Positions 1 to 12,899 of a DNA stretch of 64,000 nucleotides are shown here, piece by piece (positions within the stretch are counted from its first letter, which is position 1; every line of letters begins with the position of its first letter). The stretch lies in NCBI RefSeq assembly GCF_009914755.1, contig NC_060930.1. One strand, written 5' to 3'. A program made the translations under genes and the position numbers. This DNA is from the human T2T-CHM13v2.0 reference genome, Homo sapiens. The notes under the pieces are model-generated. The model was given only the letters and a program-made list of their open reading frames with translations. It was not told where the DNA came from and did not search any database.

Positions 1-114
1 AATGCTAAAAGGAGGTCTGTGAAAGAAATGGATATTAACCTGTAATAAGTAAACATTTAAAAGTATAAAACTTAACTGGCAAAAGTAAGAAAACTGACAA
101 AATTAGAATACTGA

Positions 115-257
115 TATCTTCTTTTGAGAAATGTATATTTAAGTTCTTGTCCATTTTTTAATCAGCTTATTGTTTTCTTACTATTGAGTTGTTTGAGCTC
201 TTTATACATATTGCATATGTATTAAGAATGTATCAGATGTATATGTATCAGATGTAT
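115..257 (-). mobile_element. L1 (L1M/L1PB-type) ORF2 3' fragment
   Basis: Reverse complement reads like L1 'catacatctgata...aaagagctcaaacaactcaatagtaagaaaac...aaaaatggacaagaac...catttctcaaaag'. Confidence 0.75.
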
Positions 258-258
258 G

Positions 259-612
259 TGTCAAAAGGTGAAGTTACAACAAATTTAGCTTAAAGATCTA
301 ATTGGTTTCTATCTCCAATTCTAAAATCAGGCAACACCTCATTCTACACAATAGAATGAGTGTTTTCATTAACTGAGCAGGGTAGGTTGGTTTTCTAGGC
401 AAAAGAAAAGTCTGAAAAAAGCAGAAACAGAGAACAAAAGTTGATTTGTCATTTCAAAGTTACTTTCCTTATAGGATTAAAATTAAGGGGACTTATTACA
501 CTGATTTAGGCTAATTGGAATCACTTGTTTTTTAAAGAAAACTATCCCATTTTAAAGTTTAGTTTGATTACATAAAACTTAGTGCAAATGAGTCTATTCT
601 GGCTTGATCTGC
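259..612 (-). mobile_element. ERV1-class LTR, 3' portion (subfamily uncertain)
   Basis: Terminal tgtcaaa (..TGACA on minus). 'ttacaacaaatttagcttaaagatctaattgg' is LTR-like. Homologous in inverted orientation to 1243-1405. Confidence 0.55.
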
Positions 613-619
613 AACCTCA

Positions 620-1190
620 AAAGACCCCAAAAGTCACAGAAATCTTGAGCATAAAAGAAAAGCTGGAGGCAGCATACTACCTGACTTCAAAATACATTAT
701 AAAGCTATAGTAATCAAAACAGCATGCTACTGGCATAAAAATAAACCCAGAGACCAATGGAACAAAATAGAGAGCCTGGAAATTAATCCATGAATTATGG
801 TCAATTGATTTTTGACAAAGGTGCCAAATACATACAACAGGAGAAGAACAGTTATTTTTAAAATAGTGTTGGAACAACTGGATATTCACATGCAAAATAG
901 TGAAATTAGACTCTGGTCTCACATCATATATAAAAACCAACTCAAAATGGATTAAATAGTTAAAGCAAAACCTGAAACTGTAAAACTACTAGTAGAAAAT
1001 ATGCAGAAAAAGCTCCATGACATTGGTCTGGGAAATGAGTTTTTGGATATCACCCCAAAAGCAGAGACAATAAAAGCAAAAATAGACAAATGAGATCACC
1101 ACCAACTAAAAAGCTTCTGCACAACCAAGAAAACAATCAACAGAGTGAGAAGACAACCTATAGAATGAGTGAAAATATTTGAACGTCACT
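620..1190 (+). mobile_element. L1 ORF2 C-terminal fragment
   Basis: Canonical L1 'aaagctggaggc...ctacctgacttcaaaata...tataaagctatagtaatcaaaacagcatg...aaaagcttctgcacaac'. Confidence 0.9.
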
Positions 1191-1405
1191 TGTGAAACAA
1201 AGCTTCTGGGAGATTGAGCTAGCTTTCTGCATTAGACCCTAGCAGATCAGACCAAACCAGAATGAAGTTACTTGTCCAAAATGTTCCATTATCCAACTAA
1301 ACTTTAAAGTGGTCCAATTTTTCTATAAAAGAAGAGATTCTGCTAAACCTGTTTTAGTGTAATAAAGAAGTCCCTTCTCTTTTAACCATGTAAGGAAAAT
1401 AACAT
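1191..1405 (+). mobile_element. ERV1-class LTR, 5' portion (same family as 259-612)
   Basis: Starts TGTG. 'gcagatcagaccaaaccagaat...aactaaactttaaa...gtgtaataa...taaggaaa' matches the reverse complement of 455-612. Confidence 0.5.
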
Positions 1406-1439
1406 TACCTTGTTTATGCTGGATGTTTTGTATTACTAT

Positions 1440-2444
<1,005 letters not shown>

Positions 2445-2551
2445 ATCTATGACCAGTTTTTAACAAAGTATATTTAACTCATTGAAGGAGGCTTGGAGTC
2501 TCCAATGTCAACACTGAATGAATGCTTACTTTTAAATTTTAAGTGAATTTA

Positions 2552-2854
2552 GGCCAGGCACGGTGCCTCACACCTGTAATCCCAGCACTTTGGGAGGCCA
2601 AGGTGAGTTGATCAATTGAAGGGAGGAGTTTGAGAGCAGCCTGGACAACATGGTGAAACCCCATCTCTACTAAAAATACAAAAATTATCTGGGTGTGGAG
2701 GGGGGGTACCTGTAATCCCAGCTACTTGGAAGGCTGATGGAGAAGAATTGCTTAAACCCAGAGGGTGGAGGTTTCAGCGAGCCAAGATTGCACCACTCCA
2801 GTCCAGCGTGGGTGACAGAGCAAGACTCCATCTCAAAAAAAAAAAAAAAAAAAA
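2552..2854 (+). mobile_element. AluS, full length
   Basis: ggccaggcacggtgcctcacacctgtaatcccagc...ctcaA20. Inverted relative to the Alu at 2130-2444. Confidence 0.95.
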
Positions 2855-4489
2855 GGGCATAGCCATCCATCAATATTTTAATAGCCTGCCATTTTATAAC
2901 ATGCTAAGTGATGGGTTCATGTCACAAATCAATATATTCATTTTGAGGTTATATGTTAGTTTCTGAGCAGCAGCTACTCACTTAAATGACACTATGATGG
3001 GATAAAGTGAATAAGAAAAGTTGGTAAAAATGTCTTGAAAAAATCAAATCACATCATGTAGCCATATAAGAGAAACTGAAACACAAAAATGCTAATTGTT
3101 TCACCAACTGTCATTCTGACTGATTGTTTTTATAAACGTAGACAGGGAGAGTCCTATAATTAAGAACTCTTCTTGGACTTTTTGACAAAAGTTTTATGTA
3201 GTTTTAAAATGTGTGTAGAGGCACATCAACACTATCCAATCCTGATGAGAAATAAAAAATAAAACCATACAGATTGCATTGATGTAGTCCTCAGGAAAAA
3301 AAGGATTATTTAATCTAACTTAATGAGCTGCTATATCATTTTTTCTCAAAGAACTAACATTTTAGGAAAATAATAAAGGAAAAATGGACAGCTTAAGCAT
3401 TTCTGAAGTGAATACATTGATTCATGCTCAAGAAATGTCATTCAAACTTTAGATTATTGTACCTGTCTGCAATTAGAGATGATTTGTGAAGAGAAGTAGC
3501 CAGGTGTAAATTAAATGTATCCAATGGGTTGACTCCCAGCTAGCATTTCCCAGTAGGCATTCTGTTGTTCTGAAGACTAGGCAGATATAACTTTATTTGT
3601 CACAAAACTTTTATTTAAAGAAATCTCAGTCCAATAGTTCTATAAGTTTTTAAATGAATTTCATGCCATTTTGAACAGCTGGAGTTAGAAGATGGAAATT
3701 ATTCTAATATAAGGTGCATGATTACTTGTGACATTAAAAAATGAAAGATGTATTAAATAACACATTTTAGTTATATTTTAATGATGATCCTACTTTTAAG
3801 GAGACTCTAGAAAATGTGGGAAAGTTCATTGAAAAAAATAGGTGATATGTAATTTGATAATAATGTTGATGTCTTTCCTAGGATATATCTACCTATTCAC
3901 AAGTCATTTAGAAATATAAATGAGGGAGGAAAGAGTACATTTTCGCCTCACCCCATTTGTTTTACTCACAAGAAGCAGCGTGAAAACCATTGGTCAGCAA
4001 AGAATCAGTAACTTTATTTAAACTAATTTAGAACAAGATAAAAATTTGAAAGTCCTTACTAACAATGAATCTGTGTTTGCATATTCCTAATCTTTAATAT
4101 AAAATAAACCATGAAAGTCTATACAGAATTGAAAACAGATAACTTGAGAAGTTAACTAATTGGAAAAATGATGCAAACATTTGATGTAGAAAAGAGATAA
4201 AGCAGAAGCTTACTATTATTTTAAATATTCTTTTCTGTAATGAAAATATCTTATTAATAAAAGTGTATTTCATTTATGATCTTGAACAGAGAATATCTAT
4301 AATGTTGGGACCAAAACATTAATTTAGCTGAACTGAATTAATATAAAGCTGTAACAGTTAATTAAATGATTTAAAAGTAAAACAAACAGACAACAAAACA
4401 AAATGACCTAAAATTTTTTAATTGAATGAATAAAGTAAGTTTTATTTATCTTCTGGTTCTGGGGTTGACAGAGATGCATGGTGACCCCA

Positions 4490-4690
4490 GCAGAACACAG
4501 CACCCCCGCAAGCCACAGTGATTGCTTCAGTATATACACCTGACTGATGTCCAGCCAGTCAAGTTTAATCAGTACCAACTTGGAAATTTTTACTTCAGCA
4601 ACCAGGAAAGGAGTTGAGATCTTTTCTTCTGGGAGTGGAGCTATGAAGACATATGTCTGGAACTGCTGATAGTTGTCATAAAATCCTAAG
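4490..4690. mobile_element. Old MaLR LTR fragment (MLT1-like)
   Basis: 'gccacagtgattgcttcag...cacctgact...ccagccagtca' resembles MLT1J/K/L sequence. Confidence 0.4.
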
Positions 4691-4739
4691 TAAAGATATC
4701 TTCTGACAATATAAGCTTTCCAAAAGAAAACAGAACAGA

Positions 4740-7270
4740 GGGGGACTTCTGGTTTGTGACAAGAAACAGGCACCAGATTTATCCTCTCATAAGAAACAGC
4801 AACAAAAAACTGGACTCCATATGTAAAACAATGATTTTCAAGACATTGGACATTGGGCAATGATGAGACTCCGTCTCAAAAAAAAAAAAAAAAAAAAAAA
4901 AGAAATAAGAAACAAACAAGGTGTGCCCTAAGACTGTCCTAGGTCTGAAAATATTTCTAGGCCTGGGCTCAGGGAGAGGAGACAAAATTTGAGCCTGGCA
5001 GACCTCTGATTGAAGGAGACCAAGAAGGTTTAAATTTGTGGGAGAAAGTACCAGAGACAGATCTGTACAGACAACACCAGAGATTTTGGATTTCCCCTTG
5101 AGTTTTCAGCAGTATACTGATCAGTGCAAGCACACAAGGCAAGAGTCTAAGACTGTGGAAAGAACCACACAAAATTGTTAGAGGGACGGTTCCCAATGAT
5201 CACCTCAGGATTGGGAATAGACCTACAAGCCAGTCAAGAAAACCACATAAATTACAGAGCAGTGGATAGAGTACCCAGAGGTGTCTTGATTCAATATAGG
5301 GAAATAATACAGTATCTAGTATTTAGCTGTAGACTAAATACTACTCTGGTCCTGCCTTAAACATTTTAAAAAGCAAGACCTGAAAATAATCAAACTGTTG
5401 CCAAGCAACTTAACTGAATTCCAGAAAAAAAGCTCAAGAGTATTTATACAAATACAAAAATACTTAATACCCAACAAGGTAAAATGCACAATGTATGATA
5501 TCCAATGAAAAATTATCAGGCATACAAAGAAGTGGGAAAACACAATTCATAATGAGGAGAAATATATCAATATAAACTGACTCAGAAATGACACGTTATA
5601 ATTAGCAGACAAATATATTGAGCAATTATTTTCACTGTATATCTTTAAATGCTTAAGCAGAAATGTGAAAGATATTTTAAAAGACTCAAAATGAACCTCT
5701 AGAGGTGAAAACTACAATGTCTGAGACGAAAAATACACTATATGTGATTAATAGACTGAGATAAAAATGCACATATTAGACACTGAAGAATATGAGATAT
5801 ATGTATTTACACACTCCACAACACAAACTATCCAAAATAAAACTAAAAATGGAAAAAATTAAAAGGGCATCAGTGAGCTATAGAATCTACAAAAAAGTAA
5901 CTAAAATTTACAAAAAATAACTAGTAAAAAATGAGAAGACTTATCAAGATTGCAGATAACCAATTCATAGATAAATATCAATTCTCTTTCTGTGTACTAG
6001 CAATGAACAATCAGAGTTAAAATTGGAAAACAATATAGTAGCAAAAAATACATACTTAGAGATAACCCTAAGAAAAGCTGTGCAGGCCTAAATACTGAAA
6101 ACTACAGTACATTGTTGAGAGAAATTAAAGAAGACCTAACTAAATATATGCTGTGTCAGTGGGTCAGAAGACTCAAAATTGTCAAGATGTCAGTTCTTCA
6201 CAAACTGATATATAGATTCAATGAAATCCCAATCAAAATCCCAGTAGTCTTTTTTTAATTGACATGCTAATTCTAAAATTCATACAGAAATGCAAAGAAC
6301 ATAGAATAAGAAAAACAAGTTTGATAAAAGACAAAGTTATAGGGTTTACACTACATGATTTTAAGACTTACTATAAAGCTACAGCTGTCAAGGTGGCATG
6401 GCATTGGGACAAAGATAGACAACTAAATTTATGGAAGATAATAGAGAAATAGACCCACACAGGTGTAAACAATGTATTTTTAATAAGAGTGCAATGGAGA
6501 AAGAGTAGTCTGTTCAATAAATGATGCTGAAATAATTAGGCATCTATTTGCAAAAAAAGAACTTAGATCTGTGTCTTATACTATATACAAAAAACCCTCA
6601 AAATCAATCATATGTATACATTTAAAACATAAATGTATAAAAAATCTAGAAGAAAATATAGCAAGAACTAATGACTTTAGATTTGGCAAACATTTTTTGA
6701 ACAGGATGCAAAAATCATGAACTTTTAAGGAAAAAGTAAAAATTCAACTGTATCAAAATTAAATTTTTTACTCTTTGAAAGACACTATTATGAACATAAA
6801 AAGATAAGCTGTTTTGTAAGTAAGTACTTGGAAAACATACATCCAACAAAGGCCTTGTAACTGGATTATATACAGAACTTTTTCAACTCAATAAGAAGAA
6901 AAGCCAACCAATTAAAAAATTTCAAACAGGGTCAAAAGAATAGACACATCACCAGAGAAGATTTATACATGGAAAATAAAGACATGAAAATATACTTAAA
7001 ATCATTAATTATTAGCAAAATGAAAATTAAAATCACAGTCAAGTGATATGATATACCTACAAGAATGGAAAAAATAAAAAGATGAATTACATCAAGTACT
7101 GGTGAGGATATGAAGAAATGGGTACTCTCACACACTGCTGGTGAGAATGAAAAATGGTGCAACTATTTTATAAAACCATTAGGAATTTTCTTAAAAAGTT
7201 AAACATATATCTATAATTTAATGCAGCTATTCCACTCCTAAGTATTTATGTGAGAGAATGAAAAATGTGT
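4740..7270 (+). mobile_element. Old L1M element (5' region, partial ORF1, 3' ORF2), internally deleted
   Basis: L1 ORF2 motifs, e.g. the ORF 6264-6452 'LILKFIQKCK...DFKTYYKATAVKVAWHW', and 3'-end 'gctattccactcctaagtattta'. Confidence 0.85.
4864..4901 (+). mobile_element. Extremely 5'-truncated Alu (last 14 nt plus A24)
   Basis: tgagactccgtctc followed by a pure 24-A tract, inside L1M. Confidence 0.8.
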
Positions 7271-7289
7271 CTATATTTATTTATATATC

Positions 7290-7795
7290 CTTATAGGACA
7301 TATGAAGTTACTGGATTATAGACAGATTAATTATTTACTCAGAGACTATCTTCCTGCCATTTCTCCACACTTCAATACTCCATGGGATGACACAGTGTGT
7401 GGAGGAGAGTTTGCACCATAGGAAAGGAACTCCAAAATTATTAATTACAGAGTTTATATAGAGCAGTTGTCCAATATACCCCTTCTGGGTTGAGAGAGAA
7501 AGAAAGAGAAAAAGAGAGAGAGTGAGAGAAGAGAGATTTGCTCTGGAGTATATGGAATGCCAGCAGATCCTCTCTGGGGAGAAGAAGGAAAGTCTCCAGG
7601 TCAATTACACTTGCAAATGGAATTAAATGATGGCCTTTAGGAGAGATGAGACTATATCTTATATCTCCTTATAGAATTCTGTCTTTAGAGTTGCTGTTCA
7701 TTCATCTCCTAATCTAAGAGCCAGTATCCTTTGCCCAGAAAGCCTCGACAATTCAGAAAAACAAAAATATTTGTAGAGGATTGTTTCCTGATATT
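7290..7795 (-). mobile_element. Solo LTR, probably ERVL class (MER54/MER74-group-like), inserted in L1
   Basis: ~500 bp non-L1 block interrupting contiguous L1 3' sequence, with a GA-rich stretch. Family assignment is tentative. Confidence 0.45.
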
Positions 7796-8068
7796 ATGCA
7801 AACAAAACTTGTCCAAGAATGTTCATAGTAACTTTATTTTCAGTACCCCAAACTGGATACAACACAAACGTCTCAAGTCAATTAATGAACAATTGTGATA
7901 TATCCACACAATTGAATACCATTCAGCAATAAAAGGAAATAAACTATTGAAATATACAACTACAGGGACAAATCTCAAAAAGCTGTGCTGAATTAAAAAT
8001 GCCAGACAAAAAACATACTTGATTATTTCATTTATATAGAATTTTAGAAAATGCAAGTTAATTTAGAG
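7796..8068 (+). mobile_element. L1M 3' end (continuation, left of Charlie3)
   Basis: 'gaatgttcatagtaactttattt...aaactggatacaac...tccacacaattgaataccattcagcaataaaaggaa'. Confidence 0.85.
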
Positions 8069-10793
8069 CAGGGGTTGCCAACCCCTATAGCAGCCTATGG
8101 CCTATTAGGAACCAAGCCACACAGCAGGAGGTGAGCAAGTGAGCAAAGCTTCATCTGTATTTACAGTTCCTCCTCATCATTCGCATTACCACCTGAGCAC
8201 TGCCTCCTGTCAGATCAGCAGTGGCATTAGATTCTCATGGGAGTGTGAACCCTATTGTGAAATGTGCAAGTGAGGGATCTAGATTGTGAACTCCTTATGA
8301 GAATCTAATGCCTGATGATCTGAGGTGGAGCTGAGGTGGTGATGCTAGCACTGGGGAGTGGCTGCAAGTACAGATTAACATTAGCAGAGAGGTTTGCACA
8401 GAGACCATAATAAATCAATTTCTTGCAGACTCCTATCAAAACCCTATTAGTGAGTGGCAGTGACAAGCTGCATCTGGTGGCAGCCTTTATAGTGGCAAGC
8501 AATGTACTTCAATTGTACAGATGCATCTGGTAACAGGCTTTAAGTCAGAATCTGACACTTATTTTAGTCTGCACATGGCCTGTCCATTATTTTATTTACC
8601 ACTTCTGTTCATGCCTCTTTCCTGCACTGTGCACTTGACTCAGTCACAGTTATAGTAAGCCCACAAGCTAACCCTAGCCAAATGAGTAAAAAACAAATGT
8701 TACTGAAGAGCTTCTTTGGAAAGGGGGAAAGTCTCAATGATGAGGCAGCCGAAGACTCTGAGACTCCCAACAAAAAGAAAGCTGCATTTAAAAGAAAATA
8801 CCAAGAGCCCTACCTAATTTACAGGTTCATTGCAACAGGTGATTCACATTCTCCAAACCAAATTTACATTATATGTGATGATCGGCTATCCAACAAAGCC
8901 AAGAAACCTTCAAAACTCCTTCGTTACATGGAGACCAATCACCCTGCATTAAAAGACAAGCCTTTGGAGTTTTTCAAAAGAAAAAAAAGTCTGAACATGA
9001 AGAACGGAAGCAATTATTGAAGGCCCTCACTTCATCAAATGTGTCTGCATTGAGAACATCATTCTTAGTGGCTAACTGCATTGCTAAAGCTGAGAAGCCC
9101 TTTATTATTGGTGAAGAGTTGATCCTACCTGCTGTTAAGGACGTTTGTTGAGAACTTTTAGGAGAGGCTGCAGTTCAAAAGGTGGCACGTGTGCCTCTTT
9201 TGGCAAGCAACATAACTAGACAAATTGATGAAATAGGAGAGGATATTGAGGCACAACTTTTAGAGAGGATTAATGAGTCACTGTGGTATGCAATCCAGGT
9301 TGATGAGTCTACCAATGTTGACAACAAAGCAACAATGCTTATTTTTGCGTGATATATTTTTCAGGAGGATGTGCATGAGGATATGTTATGTGCACTGTTG
9401 TTGCCAACCAACACCACGTCTGCAGAACTATTCAAGTCTTTGAACGATTACGCATCAGGAAAACTGAATTGGTTATTTTGTGTTAGTATGCATAGACAGA
9501 GCAGCTGCCATGACTGGACGGCTTTCTGGTTTCACTATTCAGGTCAAAGAGGCCACTTCTGAATGTGAATCTATGCACTTCTGAGTGTGCATAGATGTGA
9601 ATCTATGCCACTTCTGAATGTGAATCTATGTGTCATCCATAGAGAAATGCTGGCTAGCCAAAAAGTGTCACCTGAATGTAACAATGTTTTGCAGGATGTG
9701 ATTAAAATAATTAACCACGCTAAAGTACATGCCCTTAACTCACATCTGTTCCCCTAGTTCTGTGAGAAGATGGATGCAGAGCACACATGTCTTGTCTTAT
9801 ACTCAGAAGTGAGATGGCTTTCTAAAGATGGCCAGAGTTTTTTAGTTGTCAGAGCTGCTCCAGAGGTTTGTTTTAGAAAAGAGTCACCACTGGCAGCATG
9901 TTCCAGTGACACAGAATGGGTCACAAAACTTGCTTACTTTTGTAACATATCCAACCTGCTCAATGAACTTAATATGTCACTTCAAGGGAGAATGACAACT
10001 ATGTTCAAGTCAGCAGATAAAGTGGCTGCATTCAAAGCCAAACTGGAATTATGGGAGCGATGAGTGAACATTGAGATTTTTGACATGTTTCAAACATTAG
10101 CATAGATTTTGAAAGAGACTGAGCCAGGGCCTTCTTTCTCTGAGCTGGTTCATGATCACCTATCCCAGCTTTCAAAAGAATTTGAGCATTACTTCCCAAC
10201 CATAAAAGACTGCCAAACTGGGAAGGAATGGATCTGTTGGGAACCATCTGTGAGTAAGCCTGGTGAATCAACTTTGTCTGTGCTAGAAGAGGATCAACTG
10301 CTTGAGATCACAAATGACAGTGGCCTTAAAAGTATGTTTGAGACAACTTCAGATCTCCATATGTTCTGGATTTAATTCAAAGCAGGATATCCTGAGATTG
10401 CCACAAAAGCACTGAAAAGCATGCTTCCATATCCAACATCTTATCTTTGTGAAGCAGGGTCTTCTGCAGTGACAGCAACTAAAACGAGATTAAGAAATAG
10501 ACCAGACATAAGCAACACAGTTTGGGTGTCACTGTCTCCGATCACCTCCAGATGGGACCATCTAGTTGCAGGAAAACTCAGGGATCCCACTGATTCTACA
10601 TTATGATGAGTTGTATAATTATTTCATTGTATATTACAATGTAATAATAATAGAAATAAAGTGCGCATTATATGTAATGTGCTTGAATCATCCCCGAGCC
10701 ATTCCCCCGCCCCCCTCCACCCAACCACCGATCCATGGAAAAATTGTTTTCCACAAAATCGGTCCCTAGTGCCAAAAAGATTGGGGACCACTG
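8069..10793 (+). mobile_element. Full-length fossil hAT-Charlie DNA transposon (Charlie3; MER1-type ends)
   Basis: Imperfect TIRs CAGGGGTTGCCAACC (8069) and revcomp CAGTGGTCCCCAATC (10779-10793). 8-bp TSD atttagag (8061-8068) / attcagag (10794-10801). MER1-like subterminal sequence, 2725 bp, internal transposase. Confidence 0.92.
8682..10593 (+). pseudogene. Decayed hAT (Buster/Charlie) transposase
   Basis: Degenerate BED-finger region (RKYQEPYL...IC...KPSKLLRYMETNHP), YAIQVDEST (first catalytic D, ~9302), CVIHRE (CxxH, ~9629), EVRWLS, PTSYLCEAG (catalytic E). Broken by frameshifts and stops (e.g. TGA 9149 and 9350). Confidence 0.92.
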
Positions 10794-11040
10794 ATTCAGA
10801 GTGACAAAAAGCAGATCAATGGGTATCTGGAAACAGTGGATGAGGAGAAGGATCGGGATGGATGGAAGGGAAGGATTATAAAAGAGTGTAGTAAAACTTT
10901 TGTGTGTAATGGATATATTCATTATCTTGATTAAGGTGATGTTTCCATGTATTTATACATATGTCAAAACCTGTCAAGTTGTATGATTTAAATAATTGTA
11001 ATGTATTTTATATCAGTTATACCATGATAAACCTGTTTAA
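10794..11040 (+). mobile_element. L1M 3' UTR (continuation, right of Charlie3)
   Basis: 'gtgacaaaaagcagatcaatgg...ggatatattcattatcttgatt...catatgtcaaaac' joins seamlessly to 8068 once the transposon is removed. Confidence 0.85.
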
Positions 11041-11520
11041 AATCATAAGAATCAGCCAGTTCCTCTAGACTTTAATACATATTTATTTGATGTTTATGGT
11101 TTAAAGTTACATAAGAAGAGAAAAGGACAAGAATAGATTTTCCTACTGTTAGAAAGATTAAAGGCCACCGTTCTCAAGTTTCTTAGACTTCCCCTTAATC
11201 GGGGGTCTGTAGCTATACTAAAGTGCCCTCACCTGGGGACTAGTGGAGCCCGGGGTAGGAGAATTTCATGGGATTGACTGAGCCGTAACTTTTGATGAGA
11301 CTCTACTGACCTTGTGTAGTGGGAAAAAGAAAGCAGAAAATTCAAATTCACTTAAAAGTCCATGGTTTATTGTTGATTTTATATAAGTCACTTAACTATT
11401 TTTATTATAAAGTTTTAAAAATTTTTATATTCTAATTTTTAAGTAAGAAGTAAAGAAATTACTATGCATTTATGCAATGGCTTTGGCAACTTTGCGTCTA
11501 ATTTTACCCTTTTATCTTAA

Positions 11521-12055
<535 letters not shown>

Positions 12056-12899
12056 TAAACCCAACTGCAAGCCAGAGGATAATAGAGCCCTGGTAGCACA
12101 GTCCTCAGAGATCGGGGCCCAAAGCATGGGATGGAGGGACACACAGGGAATAACAAGTCCATTTTCCCTGCTCATAGTTGCAATCCTAGACACATCTACA
12201 AACTTACTAGTAGAAGCTAATTTTCCTTATAACATTGTCCCTTAAACCGATGTTGGCCTTACACTCTTGATTGGAAAGAAATTTCCCTTGCATTGTAACA
12301 GCAGGTTTGAATAATGGTTTCATCACTTTGTACTGTGTTCTTGTGCATGCTATCCTCTGATTTTTATTTTCTCCCTCTGTAAAAAGGGACTACTGAATTG
12401 CCTGATAGATAATAGTGGATTTAATAAATTTTAGCTTTCTTTTTTTCCTTCCTCTTAGATTCTTAAATCTGGCACATGGTAAATGTATATGTTTTTCTTT
12501 TTCTACTTACTTTGTTTTCTACTTCTGGTTGTTAGTTTTTAAAGCTTTTTTGACAAACTGTATTAAGTGTTATGTTACTTCATTAACAGGTAAGTTCATT
12601 GGAAGAGAACTAAAATTGGAATGAATATTAGTTCTGTGTCATTATGCTGACCATGTATTAGGACCTTCTGGTTGATTTTGGTTTTCCAATTTACGGTAAA
12701 TTAACATATAGGTAACAATGACTTTTAAAAATGTAAAAGAAGGCAGATCCTGTGGTGAGTGAGCAATATGTTAGAACCAAGACTAGATATTCTCAGCTCT
12801 TCAAGTGCTCTATTTTGCTCCAGAGCTTTCTGCCACACAGATGTAATTCTGTCAGTCCTGCTCCCAAAACACAAGCTCACAATTTATATTTGTGACTTG

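Noticed and set aside
4408-4860. Longest ORF in the window (150 aa, minus strand)
   Set aside because: It runs across L1M and MLT-like repeat fragments and has no recognisable domain.
8682-10593. Domesticated transposase gene (ZBED5/FAM200/SCAND3-like)
   Set aside because: Multiple stops and frameshifts, with intact TIRs and TSD, indicate a neutrally decaying transposon copy.
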